Positions 21,223 to 34,556 of a stretch of DNA of 64,000 bases are shown in pieces. Source of the stretch: Hyaloraphidium curvatum SAG 235-1 (taxonomy: Eukaryota; Fungi; Monoblepharomycota). Every line of letters begins with the position of its first letter. The stretch's first letter is position 1. Made by a program: the position numbers and the translations under genes. Below the pieces are notes generated by a model. It did not search any database. It was not told where the DNA came from and saw only the letters and a list, made by a program, of their open reading frames with translations. Where the stretch lies: contig JAIVFI010000002.1 of assembly GCA_025558095.1 (NCBI GenBank), positions 1 to 64,000 on the forward strand, in the 5' to 3' direction.

Positions 21223-21942
21223 ATGCGCGCCGCCGCCTTCTCCGTCGCCGCGATCGCGCTCGCCCTCGCAGTTGTCGCTTCGGGCTCGTGAGCTTCCTCC
21301 CGGCGCGATGCGCGCGTCCCGAGCGGCTCCTGACAGCAGTCGCGCAGGCCCGTCCGCGCGGCCCAAGCCCCGGCCGTGTTCCGCAGGAGCTGTGCCGCGT
21401 GCGCCGAGCACGAATACTGGTTGGCCGCCCGTCCCGCTCCTTGCCTGATCGCGCTGACGGACCGCCCCGCCCCCAGCGAGCTCGGCTACCCCGGCGCCCC
21501 CCTCGACGCGGTCGCCTGCGTCGACTACTCCTCCGCGTCCCGCCGTGCACTCTACCGCCGCTACGCACCCGGCTCATGCTCCGTCCTCGACCCCCCGCTG
21601 TACCCGTCGGGCATGCTGCAGTGCGGCACCGGGGGCGGCTACCAATCCGCGTGCGACCTCGCCACAGGCGCCCTCGTCCCCTCGGGAACAGCGGACGGGA
21701 TGTGCGTCAACCCGGACGCCGACGAGTACTGCTGCCAGTCGGTCGCCACGGGGTGCGCCAACGCCGGCGGGGGCGCAAAGCAGATGTGCAGGGCGGCGGT
21801 CGGGGCGGCGAGCAACGTGGTGTACGCGTCGACGTCGCAGCTGCAGTGCGATCTGTCGACGGGCGTGGTGGGGTCGGGGTCGGGGCGGTGCAGCTCCACG
21901 CCCGCGGTCGGCTCGGCGGCGGGGTGCTGCGTTCCCACCTAG
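21223..21942 (+). CDS. Small secreted Cys-rich protein, tandem paralog of 20298-20736 (3 exons)
   Basis: Signal peptide MRAAAFSVAAIALALAVVASG, then AVFRRSCAACAEHEYCELGYPGAP...VAC with intron 21420-21476 at the same codon as in the paralog. Cys-rich C-terminus ending GCCVPT. Confidence 0.7.
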
Positions 21943-22382
21943 ACACGCGTCAAAGCTTGCACTTCTTCGGTGATCCAACAATGCTCGTCGTCGGTCAGTC
22001 CGTCGCCTCCCCTCCTCGGTCATTTTCCGGCACCGCGTCGGCCAATCGGCCATCTGCCTGGCACTCGGCCGACCAGTGCCTCCCGACCCTGCACCTCCCG
22101 CGCCGCATCATCTTCCTCCCTCCCTAGCTCACCCGGCGCACGCCTTGCACCTGTCCCGATCAGCTCGGTCAGTACGTGACCCCGGCTGTCTGTGGAGCGG
22201 GGCTCGAATGCAGACAGTCCGGTCGGAACGACCGAGGAGGCGCTCCTTTGTTCTCCAAGGCGGGTTGGGCACGGAGAGGCAGCCAAAGCGGGCCAATCGT
22301 TGGAAGCAGGGCAGAGATTGGCGGAGCAGAAGGCAAAGGATTGACCGCATTCCACCGCCGATCTCATCTGTTTACACCCGCG

Positions 22383-24656
22383 ATGCTTGGCACGGGCAGC
22401 TGGTCCGAGGCGGGCCGCAAGGCGCGCAAGAAGCAGCTAAAACGGGCGGCGCCCGTGGCGCCGGCGAACCTGCCCTCGGACGTGCTCGTGGACTTTGCCC
22501 TGGCGGCCATCTCCGACTCGGTGCCGAACGACCCCGCCGACCTGCTCATCGTGCGCGGCGACGCGCGCAGCCACTTCTGGCTGGCAGAGATAAAAGGCCA
22601 GCGCCGCGTGCGCCGCGTGTTCGGGTCGGCGCTCCCGCCGCTGCAGCGCGGGCGCGCTTTCCAAATCCGCTGCGACGCGCGCGCCGGGAGGCGCTCGTGC
22701 TCCATGGACTTTGCCGAACGGCGCGTGATCATCGAGGATGCGGTGCTGACGTGGGCCCCGCGCGTGTTTGCGAGGACGGCGTGGGACGGCGAGGTCCCGG
22801 AGCTCGACGTCGACGCGGTGGAGAGCGTGCCGGAGCCGGCACGGCCAACGACCCCGCCTCTGGCCATCGCCGTTGCGCAACCCAGCATTCCCCCGGTGCT
22901 TGCAACCGCAGGGGTGTTTGATGAACTTGCGGAGGACGGTGCAGGCCCGGATTCTGAGGGCGAAACCGAGGCGGACCGCTCGCCCGCGGATCGGAATCGC
23001 GCTCCCGCCGCCGCTGCCGCCCGGAAAAAGGCCGGCAAGTCCAAGAAGAAGGCCAAGGATGCCAAGCAGTCCCCTTCGCCGAACAACGAGCTCGAGGACT
23101 GGGAGCTCCTCGAGCGCGCCGCCAAGGAGGCCGAGGCGGCCCGCGCGGCCAAGGAGAGGGAGGAAGAGGCCGCGCGGATCGCCAAGGAGAAAACAGAGAC
23201 AGTTGCCCGAGCCGAGGCGGCCACCAGCACGGAAGCTAGGCCGCATGACGCGGGGAAGGACTTGGCTGCCGGAGGCGAAAAGGCCAAAGAGGGCCCGGCG
23301 CCGGCTATGGCACCGGCCAGCGTCTACGCGAAGCTGTTTCCGCATTTTGTCGAGGTCAAGGGCATCGATTTCGAGCCCTCGCCTGCGATCATTGGCGTGT
23401 TGGAAGGGGGGGAAGGCTTCCTCACCGCCGCGGAATGCGCCATGTTCCAGCCGGACCCGCCGCCGGACGACGGCGAGGGCGACGAGTGGGCGGACAACTT
23501 CGACGCCGCCGGCTTCTCCGGCTGCATGGACTCCCTGCTCATGGACTACACCGCCAACTTCCTCCCGTCCATGCTGCGAGCACGGGAGGCGGGTCCGGCG
23601 CCCTGGGCGGACGCTCCGCCACGCGCACACCGCGCCAGGAGGGCGCTCCGCCGGGCGTGGGACCTCGTCCGGGCGCTGCTGCGTCCGGGTACGGGCGCGC
23701 CGCCGGAGCGCCTGGCGCCCTTCTTCAGGAACGGGGCGCTGCCCCGCACGGGCATGAAGCCGTGGCACGCCAACCTCCTGCACCGGATCTTCCTGAAGCA
23801 CTACATAGCCATGCGCACGACCGTCACCGCGTTCGCGGACCCGCACGTACGGCAGCGCTGGAGGGCGGTGGATGCCCCGCAGTCGGACAAGGCAGCGCAC
23901 GCCGGGGCCGCGTTCGTCCTCTGCGACTTTTTCCTCCCGGCCTTCAACTACGCCTGCGGCCTCCTCGCGTCGCTCATGTCCTCGCGCCCCGTCGCGGCAC
24001 GCGTGGCCCGGGACCCCAACTTCCTCGACCAGCTCGCCTTTGCCGGTGCCAGCATGGTCGCGATCAAGGCCGCCCCCGGCTTCCACGGCCGCCCCGAGCT
24101 TCCCATCGGGTGGTACACGTGCTCGGACATCCTCAACGCCGTGGACATCTGCTCCCTCGCCGTGGCCGAGAACCGCAACCCGTGGCACCAGACCTCACAC
24201 GGGGCCGTGATCATGGGGCAGCACGTGCCCGCGGAGCTGCTCTACATCAACGCCGGCGCCATCAACGGCGTCTTCGAGCAGGGAGCGTCGCACCCCGGGA
24301 CCGATCCGTCCCGCGGCCCCAGGTTCGCCGCGCGGAGGCTGATCCTGAGCCTCGTGGTGGAGCGGGACGTCGAAAAGAACCCCGTCCTCTCCCTGCGCCG
24401 CGAAGCCCTGAAGGCGTGCATCGCCGCGCGATTGCCGGGCGACGATGCCTGCGACGCGTGTTACAAGCCCGGCCCGCTGTCGACCGTGTGCGGGAACTGC
24501 GGGTTCGGCACCTTCTGCAGCGGCGACTGCCTGCGCGCCGGGTTCGAGGACCACAAGACCGTGTGCAAGCAGATCGGAATGGGGATGATACGCAGCATGC
24601 AGGAGCTCCGCGCGAAGCAGCTGGAGCATAGGAAGCTGATGCCGAAGAAGAGATAG
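22383..24656 (+). CDS. MYND-type zinc finger protein with uncharacterised helical domain
   Basis: Long ORF with C-terminal CDAC...CGNC...FCSGDC...HKTVC. The middle region aligns with 41712-42920. Confidence 0.75.
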   Translation: MLGTGSWSEAGRKARKKQLKRAAPVAPANLPSDVLVDFALAAISDSVPNDPADLLIVRGDARSHFWLAEIKGQRRVRRVFGSALPPLQRGRAFQIRCDARAGRRSCSMDFAERRVIIEDAVLTWAPRVFARTAWDGEVPELDVDAVESVPEPARPTTPPLAIAVAQPSIPPVLATAGVFDELAEDGAGPDSEGETEADRSPADRNRAPAAAAARKKAGKSKKKAKDAKQSPSPNNELEDWELLERAAKEAEAARAAKEREEEAARIAKEKTETVARAEAATSTEARPHDAGKDLAAGGEKAKEGPAPAMAPASVYAKLFPHFVEVKGIDFEPSPAIIGVLEGGEGFLTAAECAMFQPDPPPDDGEGDEWADNFDAAGFSGCMDSLLMDYTANFLPSMLRAREAGPAPWADAPPRAHRARRALRRAWDLVRALLRPGTGAPPERLAPFFRNGALPRTGMKPWHANLLHRIFLKHYIAMRTTVTAFADPHVRQRWRAVDAPQSDKAAHAGAAFVLCDFFLPAFNYACGLLASLMSSRPVAARVARDPNFLDQLAFAGASMVAIKAAPGFHGRPELPIGWYTCSDILNAVDICSLAVAENRNPWHQTSHGAVIMGQHVPAELLYINAGAINGVFEQGASHPGTDPSRGPRFAARRLILSLVVERDVEKNPVLSLRREALKACIAARLPGDDACDACYKPGPLSTVCGNCGFGTFCSGDCLRAGFEDHKTVCKQIGMGMIRSMQELRAKQLEHRKLMPKKR

Positions 24657-24715
24657 ATCGATGCCAATTGCACTGTATGTACATTCAAGAACCAACGATT
24701 TCCCTCCCCCAAGAA

Positions 24716-26632
24716 TCACGCGTTCCGCATCTCGGGCGGCACGTACCGCAGCCCCAGCTTCTCGAAGAGCCCCTCCTCCGACTCGACCTCGATCCGTTCC
24801 CCCGTGACGCGGTCGAACAGGCCGTGCGAGGCAAAGTGCATCCCATGGAGGCGAGCCCACTCGCGCAGGGAGCGCTGGAAGAGGGTCGAGCCGGACCAGC
24901 CGACGACGGCGACGGGGTAGTTGGCGGGCGGGGTGACGATGAGGTCGAGCTGGCGGAGCTTGCCGCTGGAGGGCTGGCTGAGGACGACGAACGCCTGTGC
25001 GTCATTCCCAGCCGAATGCATCACATGGGAGGTCCATTGTATCCGCGTCGTGGCAACGCACCTTGTCCAGCACGTCAAAGTGCGCCCCGCGAAACGCGCC
25101 CATGCTGCTCGGGTTGACCCACTCCACGACGCCCCGCCCTCCAAACGCCTTCTGGCTCACACTCCTCGCATCCCCGCGCCCCTCCCTTCCCTCGCCGAAG
25201 GTTAGGATGTCCACGAGCACGCCGCGCCGCTCGAGCTGCTTCACGATCCGCCCCAGGAGCCCCGGGACCTCGCCGGCGTCCGGGTGCGTGATGACGACGT
25301 CGACGTCGCCGTTGAGCAGCTTGCCCCTGCGGTACCCGCCGCACACCTCGTGCTCCAGCTTCGGGTCCACGGCATCCAGCGCCTCCCTGACGACAGCGAC
25401 GACCTCGGCCACGTCGTCGCGGTCCATCGGCGCTGAAAAGGCGGAGAAGTAGCGCACCCCCATGTCCTGGCTCGGGTTCAGCCTGATCGCGTTCTCTTCC
25501 GCCGCCCTCGCGATGCCCTCGACGGTCCTGTACCCCCGGTTCCACCACTCCCGCGCCGTGGTCGCCCCCACGCCGTAGATCTTGGCGAAGCAGTCCAGCG
25601 TCTTGAACCTCTCGTCGGTCCTGATCCGCTCGGCCTCCTTCAGCCCGCCCGTCTTGAGCACCTCCCGGATGATGTGCGCGATCTTGGTCCCGATCCCCTT
25701 GACCTTCACGGCCTCGGCCGCCGAGCGGACGCGGCGGGGGTAGCTCCGCAATGCGGCCGCCGCATGCGAGTAGGCGAGGAACGAGGTCTCGTTGCCCTCG
25801 AGGTAGCGCGACCGGGCAATGATGTCGAGCGGCTCGATGAGGTCGTCGTTGGGGCTGGTCAGGGGGTGGAACCGCTGGCATTCGTGCCGCACGTTCGGGT
25901 ACGATGGGTCCAGCGCGGCGCTGCCGTCCTCGGAATCGGTGTCCGTCTCGCCCTCCGACCCGGTGCCGCGTGCCATGGGCGAGGAAGAGCGGGAGCTGAT
26001 GGATGCGGAGCCGAGTGAGAGCCGGGAGGGCGAGGGGGAAGGAGACATGCGGCGGCGTTTGGCCTGGCTCGCCGCCGCGTCGAGCGCCGAGAGGTGTTCC
26101 TTGGCCGCCTGCTTCAGGTCAGGATGCTCGCGGGCCTGTGGGATGGTACGTGGAAGCCTTTCGTCAGCACCTGCGGTTGGTGACAGTCGCCGTTGTATCC
26201 CACCCAACGCCTCACCCTCTCGTCCGCCTCGACCAGCCTCCTGTCCGGCCTGTACTCGTCCGGCACCCCAATCTCGTACGCTGCCGTGTCGAGCAACCTC
26301 CTCTCCCTCACGCAGTCAAACACAAACTCCCTCCTGAGCACCCTCAGATCCGGCTTGTGCTTCGGCACGTACCGTCCGATCCGCCGTGCCGATCCCAGGC
26401 CCGTCAGGAGGTAGTCCGCCCCTGAGTAGTCCGCGTTCTCGGAGAGCAGCACGCCGCCGTGGCGCGGGATCTCGGCGTCGAGGTCCGCGAGCTCCGGGTC
26501 GGGGAGGCCGGCGTCGACGAGGGCAAAGGTGAGGCCGCCGAAAAGGAAGTCGGAGATGTCGAGCGTGAGCTTCGGACGCGGAGAGGAGCTCGGTGGTGGC
26601 GCGCTAGAGGAGCTGCCCGCAACGGAAGCCAT
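24716..26632 (-). CDS. Family X DNA polymerase (Pol mu/Pol4-like) with N-terminal BRCT domain (multi-exon)
   Basis: HhH motifs KGIGTKIA and YGVGATTA, GGYRRGK..GDVDVVITHPD, QLDLIV, GWSGS (mu/TdT type), ASHGLFD, LGLRYVPPEMRNA. BRCT-like N-terminus (FVFDCVRERRLL). Confidence 0.92.
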
Positions 26633-26759
26633 GGTTGGCGGTTGCGAGGTGAGTCGGCTAATGACACGTCATCAACCGAACCGTACAAGCGGTCGCACGC
26701 CGCCAACACCAAGATCAATGGCACATCACATTTCGCAACGACATCGCATCCATAATCAT

Positions 26760-28076
26760 TTACAGCACGCTCCTCCTCCATGCCGGGCTCTCCGCGTACC
26801 CCTTCCCCCTCAGCGCCTCGGCCTGCGTGCCCGAGCTGGGGTCGAAGAACGGCCGCTCGCCCGTCGCAACCACGCGCACGCCGCGCCGGACCGAGGGATA
26901 GTAGTCCCTGTACGTCAAACAATGGGTCAGTCCGAAACTGGTTTAGCGAGTCCAAGGAGTACCGACCAGACGGCCTCGTGCTGCGTGGCCCGGTTGTCCC
27001 AGATCGCCACCGAGTTGTCCTCCCACTTGAACCGTACCTTGAACTCGTCGCTCTTGACGTGGTCTGCCGCGCACCCCATCTCAGCCCCCACTCCCGCACG
27101 CCCCCAAACGCGGCACCCACTGAACAAAAACTGCAGCACCGAGTCGCTCTCCCCCTTTGTCAGCCCCTTGATCTGCGTGGTGAAGCCCTCGTTGACGAAG
27201 AGGGACTTCCAGCGGGTGAGCGGGTGAGTGCGGACGACGGGGTGGAGGGAGGTGTGCGGGCCGCGGCGGTAGTAGCGGAGCTGGTCCGCGGTCAGGTCGG
27301 GGCGGAGGCCGGTGTAGTGCTAACCGACGGCGATGAGACGCGGTCGGGATGGATGGAAGCGGGATCCCACCCTGTGGGCGTTGGTGTGGTACGCCTGGAG
27401 CCCCTCGAGGAACCGCTTGTACGTGGGCGTCAGCCGGTCGTAGGCCGCGTACCCCGAGATCCAGAGCGTGTCGCCGCCGACCTCGGGCGCCTTGGTGATC
27501 TTGAGCATCGAGTAGGCCGCCGGTTCGGTCTCGAACGAGACGTCCGAGTGCCAGCCCTCGCCCGCGACGGCCGCCGAGCTGTGGGTCGCGGTTCGTCGTG
27601 CGCGGTCAGCCGACCGAAGCAGTCCACAGTGCCAACACCGCAACGCACCTGGCGTCGGCCGAAAACACCTGGATCTCGTCCTTGTCCGGGTCCGACCAGC
27701 CCAGCGGGTGCACGTGGATCGGCCCCAGCTTCCTCCCCAGCGCCAGCTGCCCCGCCTCGTCGATGTCCTGGTCGCGGAAGAACACCACCCCCCTCTCCGC
27801 AACCAGCAGCGCGAGGTCCTGGACCTGCTGGTCCGTCAGCTTCGAGAGCTGGATGCCCGACGCGGCCGGGAACTCGGTGCCGATGGCGGCGGTCAGGTCG
27901 CGGCGGCGGAAGGCGGCCAGCGAGGATTTGGCGGGGTCGGCCTTTGCGCCGGCGAGCTCCGAGAGCGGGCGGTTGACGACGCGGAAGTCGGAGCCCTTGG
28001 GGAGGTGCAGCACCGCCTCGGCGATGAAGGTGACGCCCTCGGCGTCCGAGCGCGGCGCGGGGTCGACCGAGGTCAT
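26760..28076 (-). CDS. TauD/TfdA alpha-ketoglutarate-dependent dioxygenase (multi-exon)
   Basis: LVAERGVVFFRDQD, WHSDVSFE (HxD), GGDTLW, HPVVRTHP, WDNRATQH. Confidence 0.92.
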
Positions 28077-28372
28077 GGCGGGGGCGGGCCGGGGCCGGGG
28101 CTCAAAAGCGCTCTAGCGGAACAAGATTGGACTGGCGAGGCCGGTCTCTCCCTGCCGGCAATGACGGGCCGATGGCGTTTGCTCGTGGGCGGAGAGATGG
28201 CGCGATTCCCAGCACAAACACCGCTGCGACTTCTTCCGTCTCCCACGCGCCGCCCTGAAAATCGCCCTAGCTCCTCCGAAGACGATCAACGAACAAGATT
28301 GATTCCTGGTCGGCACAGCAACCTGTCCAATCTTCTCCCCAGCGTACGGGCTTCCTCGCTATACGGCTCACT

Positions 28373-29266
28373 TCAGAGCCGCCCCTCGTCCCCGGCCGGG
28401 TTCCTCCGGACGTGCTCCACCAGCTCCTTGTTGACCACCTCGGGCGCCTCGTCCGTCACAAAGTGCCCGACCCCGGCCAGCGGCACGAACCTGTACGCCG
28501 CGGCCACGTGCGCCCCCGTCCCGTGCGCCGCGGTCTTGCCCACCGTCCCGTCCTCCTCGCCCCACAGGTACAGCGTCGGCACCTCGATTATGCCGACCTC
28601 GGTGCCCTTGAGCGCAGCCCCGGCGGCGCGGTACCACCCCAGCGCGGCCTCCATCGCCGCTTCGTTCCCGACAACGGAGAGGTACTCGTCGATCGTCTCC
28701 GCGGGCACCCCCTTGCTCTTGCTGGCCCACTTGGGTCCCAGCAGCTCCCTGATCCTCGCACACCCGTCCTTCACGAGTTCCGGCCCCGCCTCGGGCTTCA
28801 GGAAGGCGGCGTGGTGGCCCGACCGCGTGCGCTGGCCCTCGGCGTCGGCCTGGAACGCGGCGCGGAAGGACAGCGGGTGCGGGCGCGAGAGCACCGTCAG
28901 GGAGGCGAGCCGCGACGGGTGCAGCGAGGCCGCGTGCCACGCGATGGCGCCGCCCCAGTCGATGCCGACGAGGTGGAACCGCCGGCCGGGGGACACGGCG
29001 TCGGCGACGGCGAACACGTCGGCGACCATCTTGTCGACCGTGTAGTTCATGATGTCGGCCGGGTCGGGACGCAGCCCCGGAGAATAGCCGCGCTGGTCGA
29101 CGGCGACGGCGCGGAAACCGGCCGAGGCGAGCGCGGGCAGCTGGCGCTTGAACGCGTGCCGCGACTGCGGGAAGCCGTGCAGCAGGACCACGAGCTCGCC
29201 CGATGCGGGGCCGGCGGCAAACGCCGTCAGCGTGCCGCCGGGAATCGGGATGCCGATGGTTTCCAT
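28373..29266 (-). CDS. Epoxide hydrolase-like alpha/beta hydrolase, intronless
   Basis: LLHGFP, DQRGYS, GIDWGG (Asp nucleophile), [19 protein letters not shown]; ends GRL. Confidence 0.9.
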   Translation of the reverse strand: METIGIPIPGGTLTAFAAGPASGELVVLLHGFPQSRHAFKRQLPALASAGFRAVAVDQRGYSPGLRPDPADIMNYTVDKMVADVFAVADAVSPGRRFHLVGIDWGGAIAWHAASLHPSRLASLTVLSRPHPLSFRAAFQADAEGQRTRSGHHAAFLKPEAGPELVKDGCARIRELLGPKWASKSKGVPAETIDEYLSVVGNEAAMEAALGWYRAAGAALKGTEVGIIEVPTLYLWGEEDGTVGKTAAHGTGAHVAAAYRFVPLAGVGHFVTDEAPEVVNKELVEHVRRNPAGDEGRL

Positions 29267-29419
29267 GGTTGGGGGGCAGACGGGTCCGGTCTGGTCTGGG
29301 AGGCAGTCCGGCGCGATGGAAAAGAGCCAATCGACGAGCGCGCTAGGCCATGTAAGCTCCGAACTCCAACGATTTCTGGCTTTCTCAGCTCCTGGTGGTT
29401 CGATTTGGCTTTGGTGGTG

Positions 29420-30318
29420 TCACCTAGCCCCGCATCCCCGACGACGACGAGCGAACGACTACGTCGCCGCCGGCCCCGCCACCTTCCCGCGCAGAACCGC
29501 TTGTGCTTCGGCCAATCCCCCCTCTGGCACTCCTCCCCGCAGTAGTACGCAGCCCTGCATGCCCCGCACCTCCTCAACCCCCCCGTCGCCGGGTCCGCCA
29601 CGGTGCCGCAGGCCTGGCAGTACTGCACCAGCATCCCCACGGGCGCCTCCTCCCCCACGTCCCGCTTGCCTGTTCCGATCATGGCGAGGATCACCCTCTG
29701 CGTGCCCGTCTCGTTGTTCACGTCCCCCACGTACCCCAGGTAGCCCTCGCCGACCTTGGCGAACGCGATTGGGGCCTCCCCCTTGTCCGTCACCGGCATA
29801 ACCGGGAACACGCGCGATTCGGTGACGGCCCCCTCGGCGGGCACGTACACGCGCTGGTCGGCCTCGGCCCCGTCTACGTGCAGCGCCTTCATCGAGTACC
29901 GTTCCGGCAGCCCCGGCATGCGGTCGGCAAAGGCGGGGTTGGCCCGGTGCGTGGTCCGCTACGTCCGCGCCGGGGGCGTCGCGATCCTGTGCTGTATGTT
30001 CTCCTCCATGGTGAGGATGGACGCGCTGTCCTCCCTCTTCGGGCGCACCTTCGGGCTGCCGTGGACCAACGGGGATTACATGCTGCCCAGCGCCACGGCG
30101 ACCTTGGAGTTGGCCTTCACCGCAATGCCGCCGTCGGTCACGAGGACGGCGGCAAAGGCGTTGGGCCCCGTGAGCTTTGCGATGGCCGTCGCGGGGGAGG
30201 TCACCTCCACCGGGGAATACGACGCCCGGAGGAGCTGGAGGAAGCCGGCGTACATCGAGTCGAAGAAGCCCTCCTTCTCGAGGCTGATCAGCAGCACGGC
30301 TGGCTTCGATGCGGCCAT
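29420..30318 (-). pseudogene. MYND-finger protein gene interrupted by an internal 122-bp inversion (29960-30081)
   Basis: As written, the minus-strand frame stops (AGC ATG TAA) just inside the inverted block, and the missing 40 codons read on the + strand. Re-inversion gives one ORF ending in CQAC...CGAC..YYCGEECQRGDWPKHKRFC. Probable terminal intron 29424-29482. Confidence 0.8.
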
Positions 30319-30500
30319 CCCGGTGCGTGCTTCGTCCGACGCGGCTTGGTTGTTTTTTTGCCTAGTTGGGTCAGCGTTGTTTGCGTCCTTAGAGGCCCAT
30401 CTACCGGAATTCCTGACTCTGATTGGTCGCGCCCCCTCGCCGCGCCCCGCAGTCACATTCCCCCTCCTGCGCCTCTCCGCCCCGGGGACCCGCGGCCGCC

Positions 30501-32495
30501 ATGCAGCCGTTCTACTACCTCCTCTTCGGCGCGCTGGCGGCGGTGTGCGTGTACCTCGAGGTGCAGAAGTCGCGCGGCGAGACGTCGGCCGTCACCTCCG
30601 AGGCGTACCGCACGTTCCGCAACAACTACGTCGTCGTCTACGCGCTCATGATGGGTGGGTAACCCCCGAGGGGCGGGGGCGCGGGACGGCGGGCGGGGGG
30701 CGGCGCCACGCGGGCAGCAGGGACGCGCGGCGCAGCGGTTGGGGGGTAACCGCCGAGGCTTGCGCGTCCGGGCGGCCGTTGTCACTGCTCGGTAGTGTGG
30801 TGCGAACGTGCCTGCAGCCGGGGAGGCCTATTTTGGGCCCTCCCGTGCGGCCCACAACAACGCGCCTGGATGCTCGTAACGGTTGGGGCCGCACGGCCCG
30901 GGCCCCGGACGGCATGCAAAGCCGGATCTCATGTTGCGGATCTGTCTCGGGCCCACCAGTTGGCCCGCTGCCGGAATGCGCTGCCATGACGGCCTCTGAC
31001 CACGCTTCCGCCACCCTTGCAGCCGGCGACTGGCTCCAGGGCCCGTACGTCTACGCGCTCTACCAGCACTACGGCTACACCACCGGCGACATCGGCAAGC
31101 TCTTCATCGCCGGCTTCGGCAGCTCGATGGTGTTTGGCACCATCGTCGGCAGTCTCGGCGACCGCTTGTGGGATCCTTCTCCTGTCCTTGCCGAGACCAA
31201 ACTGATCATGTTCCCTCCATCCCCACCTTCCAGCGGCCGCCGCACCGCCTCGATCACCTACTGCGTCACCTACATCCTCTCCTGCTTCACCAAGCACTCC
31301 CCCGCCTACTCGGTCCTCATGGTCGGCCGCCTCCTCGGCGGCATCGCCACCTCGCTGCTCTTCTCGGCCTTCGAATCCTGGCTCGTCGCCGAGCACTTCA
31401 AGCGCGGCTTCGACGCGCAGTGGCTCTCGCTCACCTTCTCGCGCGCCATCTTCGTCGGAAACGGGCTCGTGGCCATCCTCGCGGGGCTGCTGGCCAACTT
31501 CCTCGTCAAGAACATGGAGCTCGGGCCCGTGGTGCCGTTCGACGCCGCCGCGGCGTTTTTGTCGGTCGGGTTCGCCATCATCGTGACCACGTGGCCCGAG
31601 AACTACGGGGACGCGAGCGAGAAGGCCGCCTTCTCGGCGCAGTTCGTCAAGGTGGGGCGACAGGCGCCGGTGGTGAACTCGCGAGAGCTGAACGCATTAC
31701 CATACGCGGTCCACAGGCCTGGCAGACGATCAAGGGCGACCAGCGCATCGCCTCGCTCGGCGCCATCCAGTCGCTCTTCGAGGGCTCCATGTACACCTTC
31801 GTCTTCCTGTGGACCCCCGCCCTCAGCCCCAAGGGCGAGTCCATCCCGCACGGCTTCATCTTTGCCCTCTTCATGCTCGCCTGCATGATCGGCTCCTCGG
31901 TCGCTGCGCGGCTTCTGCTCAAGATCGAGGACGTGCCCGTGGAGTCCTACATGCGCTACGTCTTCGGCTGCGCCTCGCTTTCCCTCTTCGTCCCCGTCGC
32001 GCTGCGCTTCATGGGCATGAACGACGTGGCCGACCCCGCGGGCGGGCTCACCCTGGCCGGGCAGATCCTCCTCCTCGCCTTCCTCTGCTTCGAGGGCTGC
32101 GTGGGCGTCTTCTGGCCGTCGATCATGAAGATGCGCTCCACCTACATCCCAGAGGAGTCGAGGTCGACCATCATGAACTTCTTCCGCATCCCCCTGAACC
32201 TCTTCGTCTGCGTGGTCCTGTACAACGTCTCGGCATTCGAGATCTCGACCATGTTCACCATGTGCGCCGCCTTCCTGGGCGTCGCGGCGGCGCTGCAGCA
32301 CAGGCTGCTGGGGCTGAGCAAGAACCCGCAGCCGCGGAGGTCGATCGCAGGTAACGCTCCCCCGCGGCGCGCGGGGGCCAAGATGTCCTGACGGCCGTTT
32401 GGCGCGCAGACGACTCCGAGGCGTCGCAGAAGCTCACCGACACGGACGAGCTGGGGAGGCCCAAGGAGGAGAAGGAGGCGGGCGAGTCGGCGTGA
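30501..32495 (+). CDS. MFSD5 / molybdate-anion transporter (MOT2)-like MFS protein (multi-exon)
   Basis: FRNNYVVVYALMM-AGDWLQGPYVYALY, GRLLGGIATSLLFSAFESW, QSLFEGSMYTFVFLWTP, MNFFRIPLN. A probable last intron (GTAACG...CGCAG, about 32351-32409) moves the stop from 32391 to 32495. Confidence 0.92.
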
Positions 32496-32753
32496 CTAGC
32501 CGAGGGGGGCGGCAGGAGGAGGAAGGCCGCCGGTCCCGCTGGGGGGAGGAAGGGTTAAACCGAGCGGGCTCGGACGCGGATGGGACGGGAGATGGAGCGC
32601 ATCACGCGCGAGAGAGTGGAACATCGTCAATATCATCGCGCATCGTCTTGCAACGGGCCCCGATCGAGTCGTTCAGCAAGAGGGGAATAGCATTATCGGG
32701 TTTCGAAAGACATAGCGGGCCGGCCGCCCCCTTTTTGCCGGCGACGGAGCCCC

Positions 32754-34295
<1,542 letters not shown>

Positions 34296-34556
34296 GGCTT
34301 TGCTGGGAAGAGGAGGGTTCTCGGCAGCAGGCATGGACGGGAGAGAGGTCTGGCGCTCGGCGTTCTTTGGCGAACGGCCGGCGTGAGGGTCCACCGCGTT
34401 GGGGCCCAACCGGAGGAGAGACGCGGGTCCCACACCCGAATCTCCTTCTGAAGGCAAACACCGGGCCGCTGTTTCTCAGGCCAACAGGACAGTAGTTCTA
34501 GATCTTCGCCTGAAGTCTGCGACCGGCCCGACTGTATTCGAGGCCATCAGGATAGC

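Noticed and set aside
29959-30079. The inverted block could be removed as a GT...AG intron (GTAATC...CGTAG, 121 nt) on the minus strand
   Set aside because: Splicing it out shifts the frame and hits a TGA within about 25 codons, losing the MYND finger. It also would not explain why the block encodes the missing peptide on the other strand.
29756-31888. 710-aa + strand ORF apparently fused to the MFSD5 transporter
   Set aside because: It is a chimera of antisense sequence, the inverted 122-bp block, a promoter region, introns and true MFSD5 exons. The transporter starts at 30501.
32493-32558. TGA-CTAG leaky stop context at the MFSD5 end
   Set aside because: Read-through would add only about 20 low-complexity residues with no targeting signal, and there is no other support.
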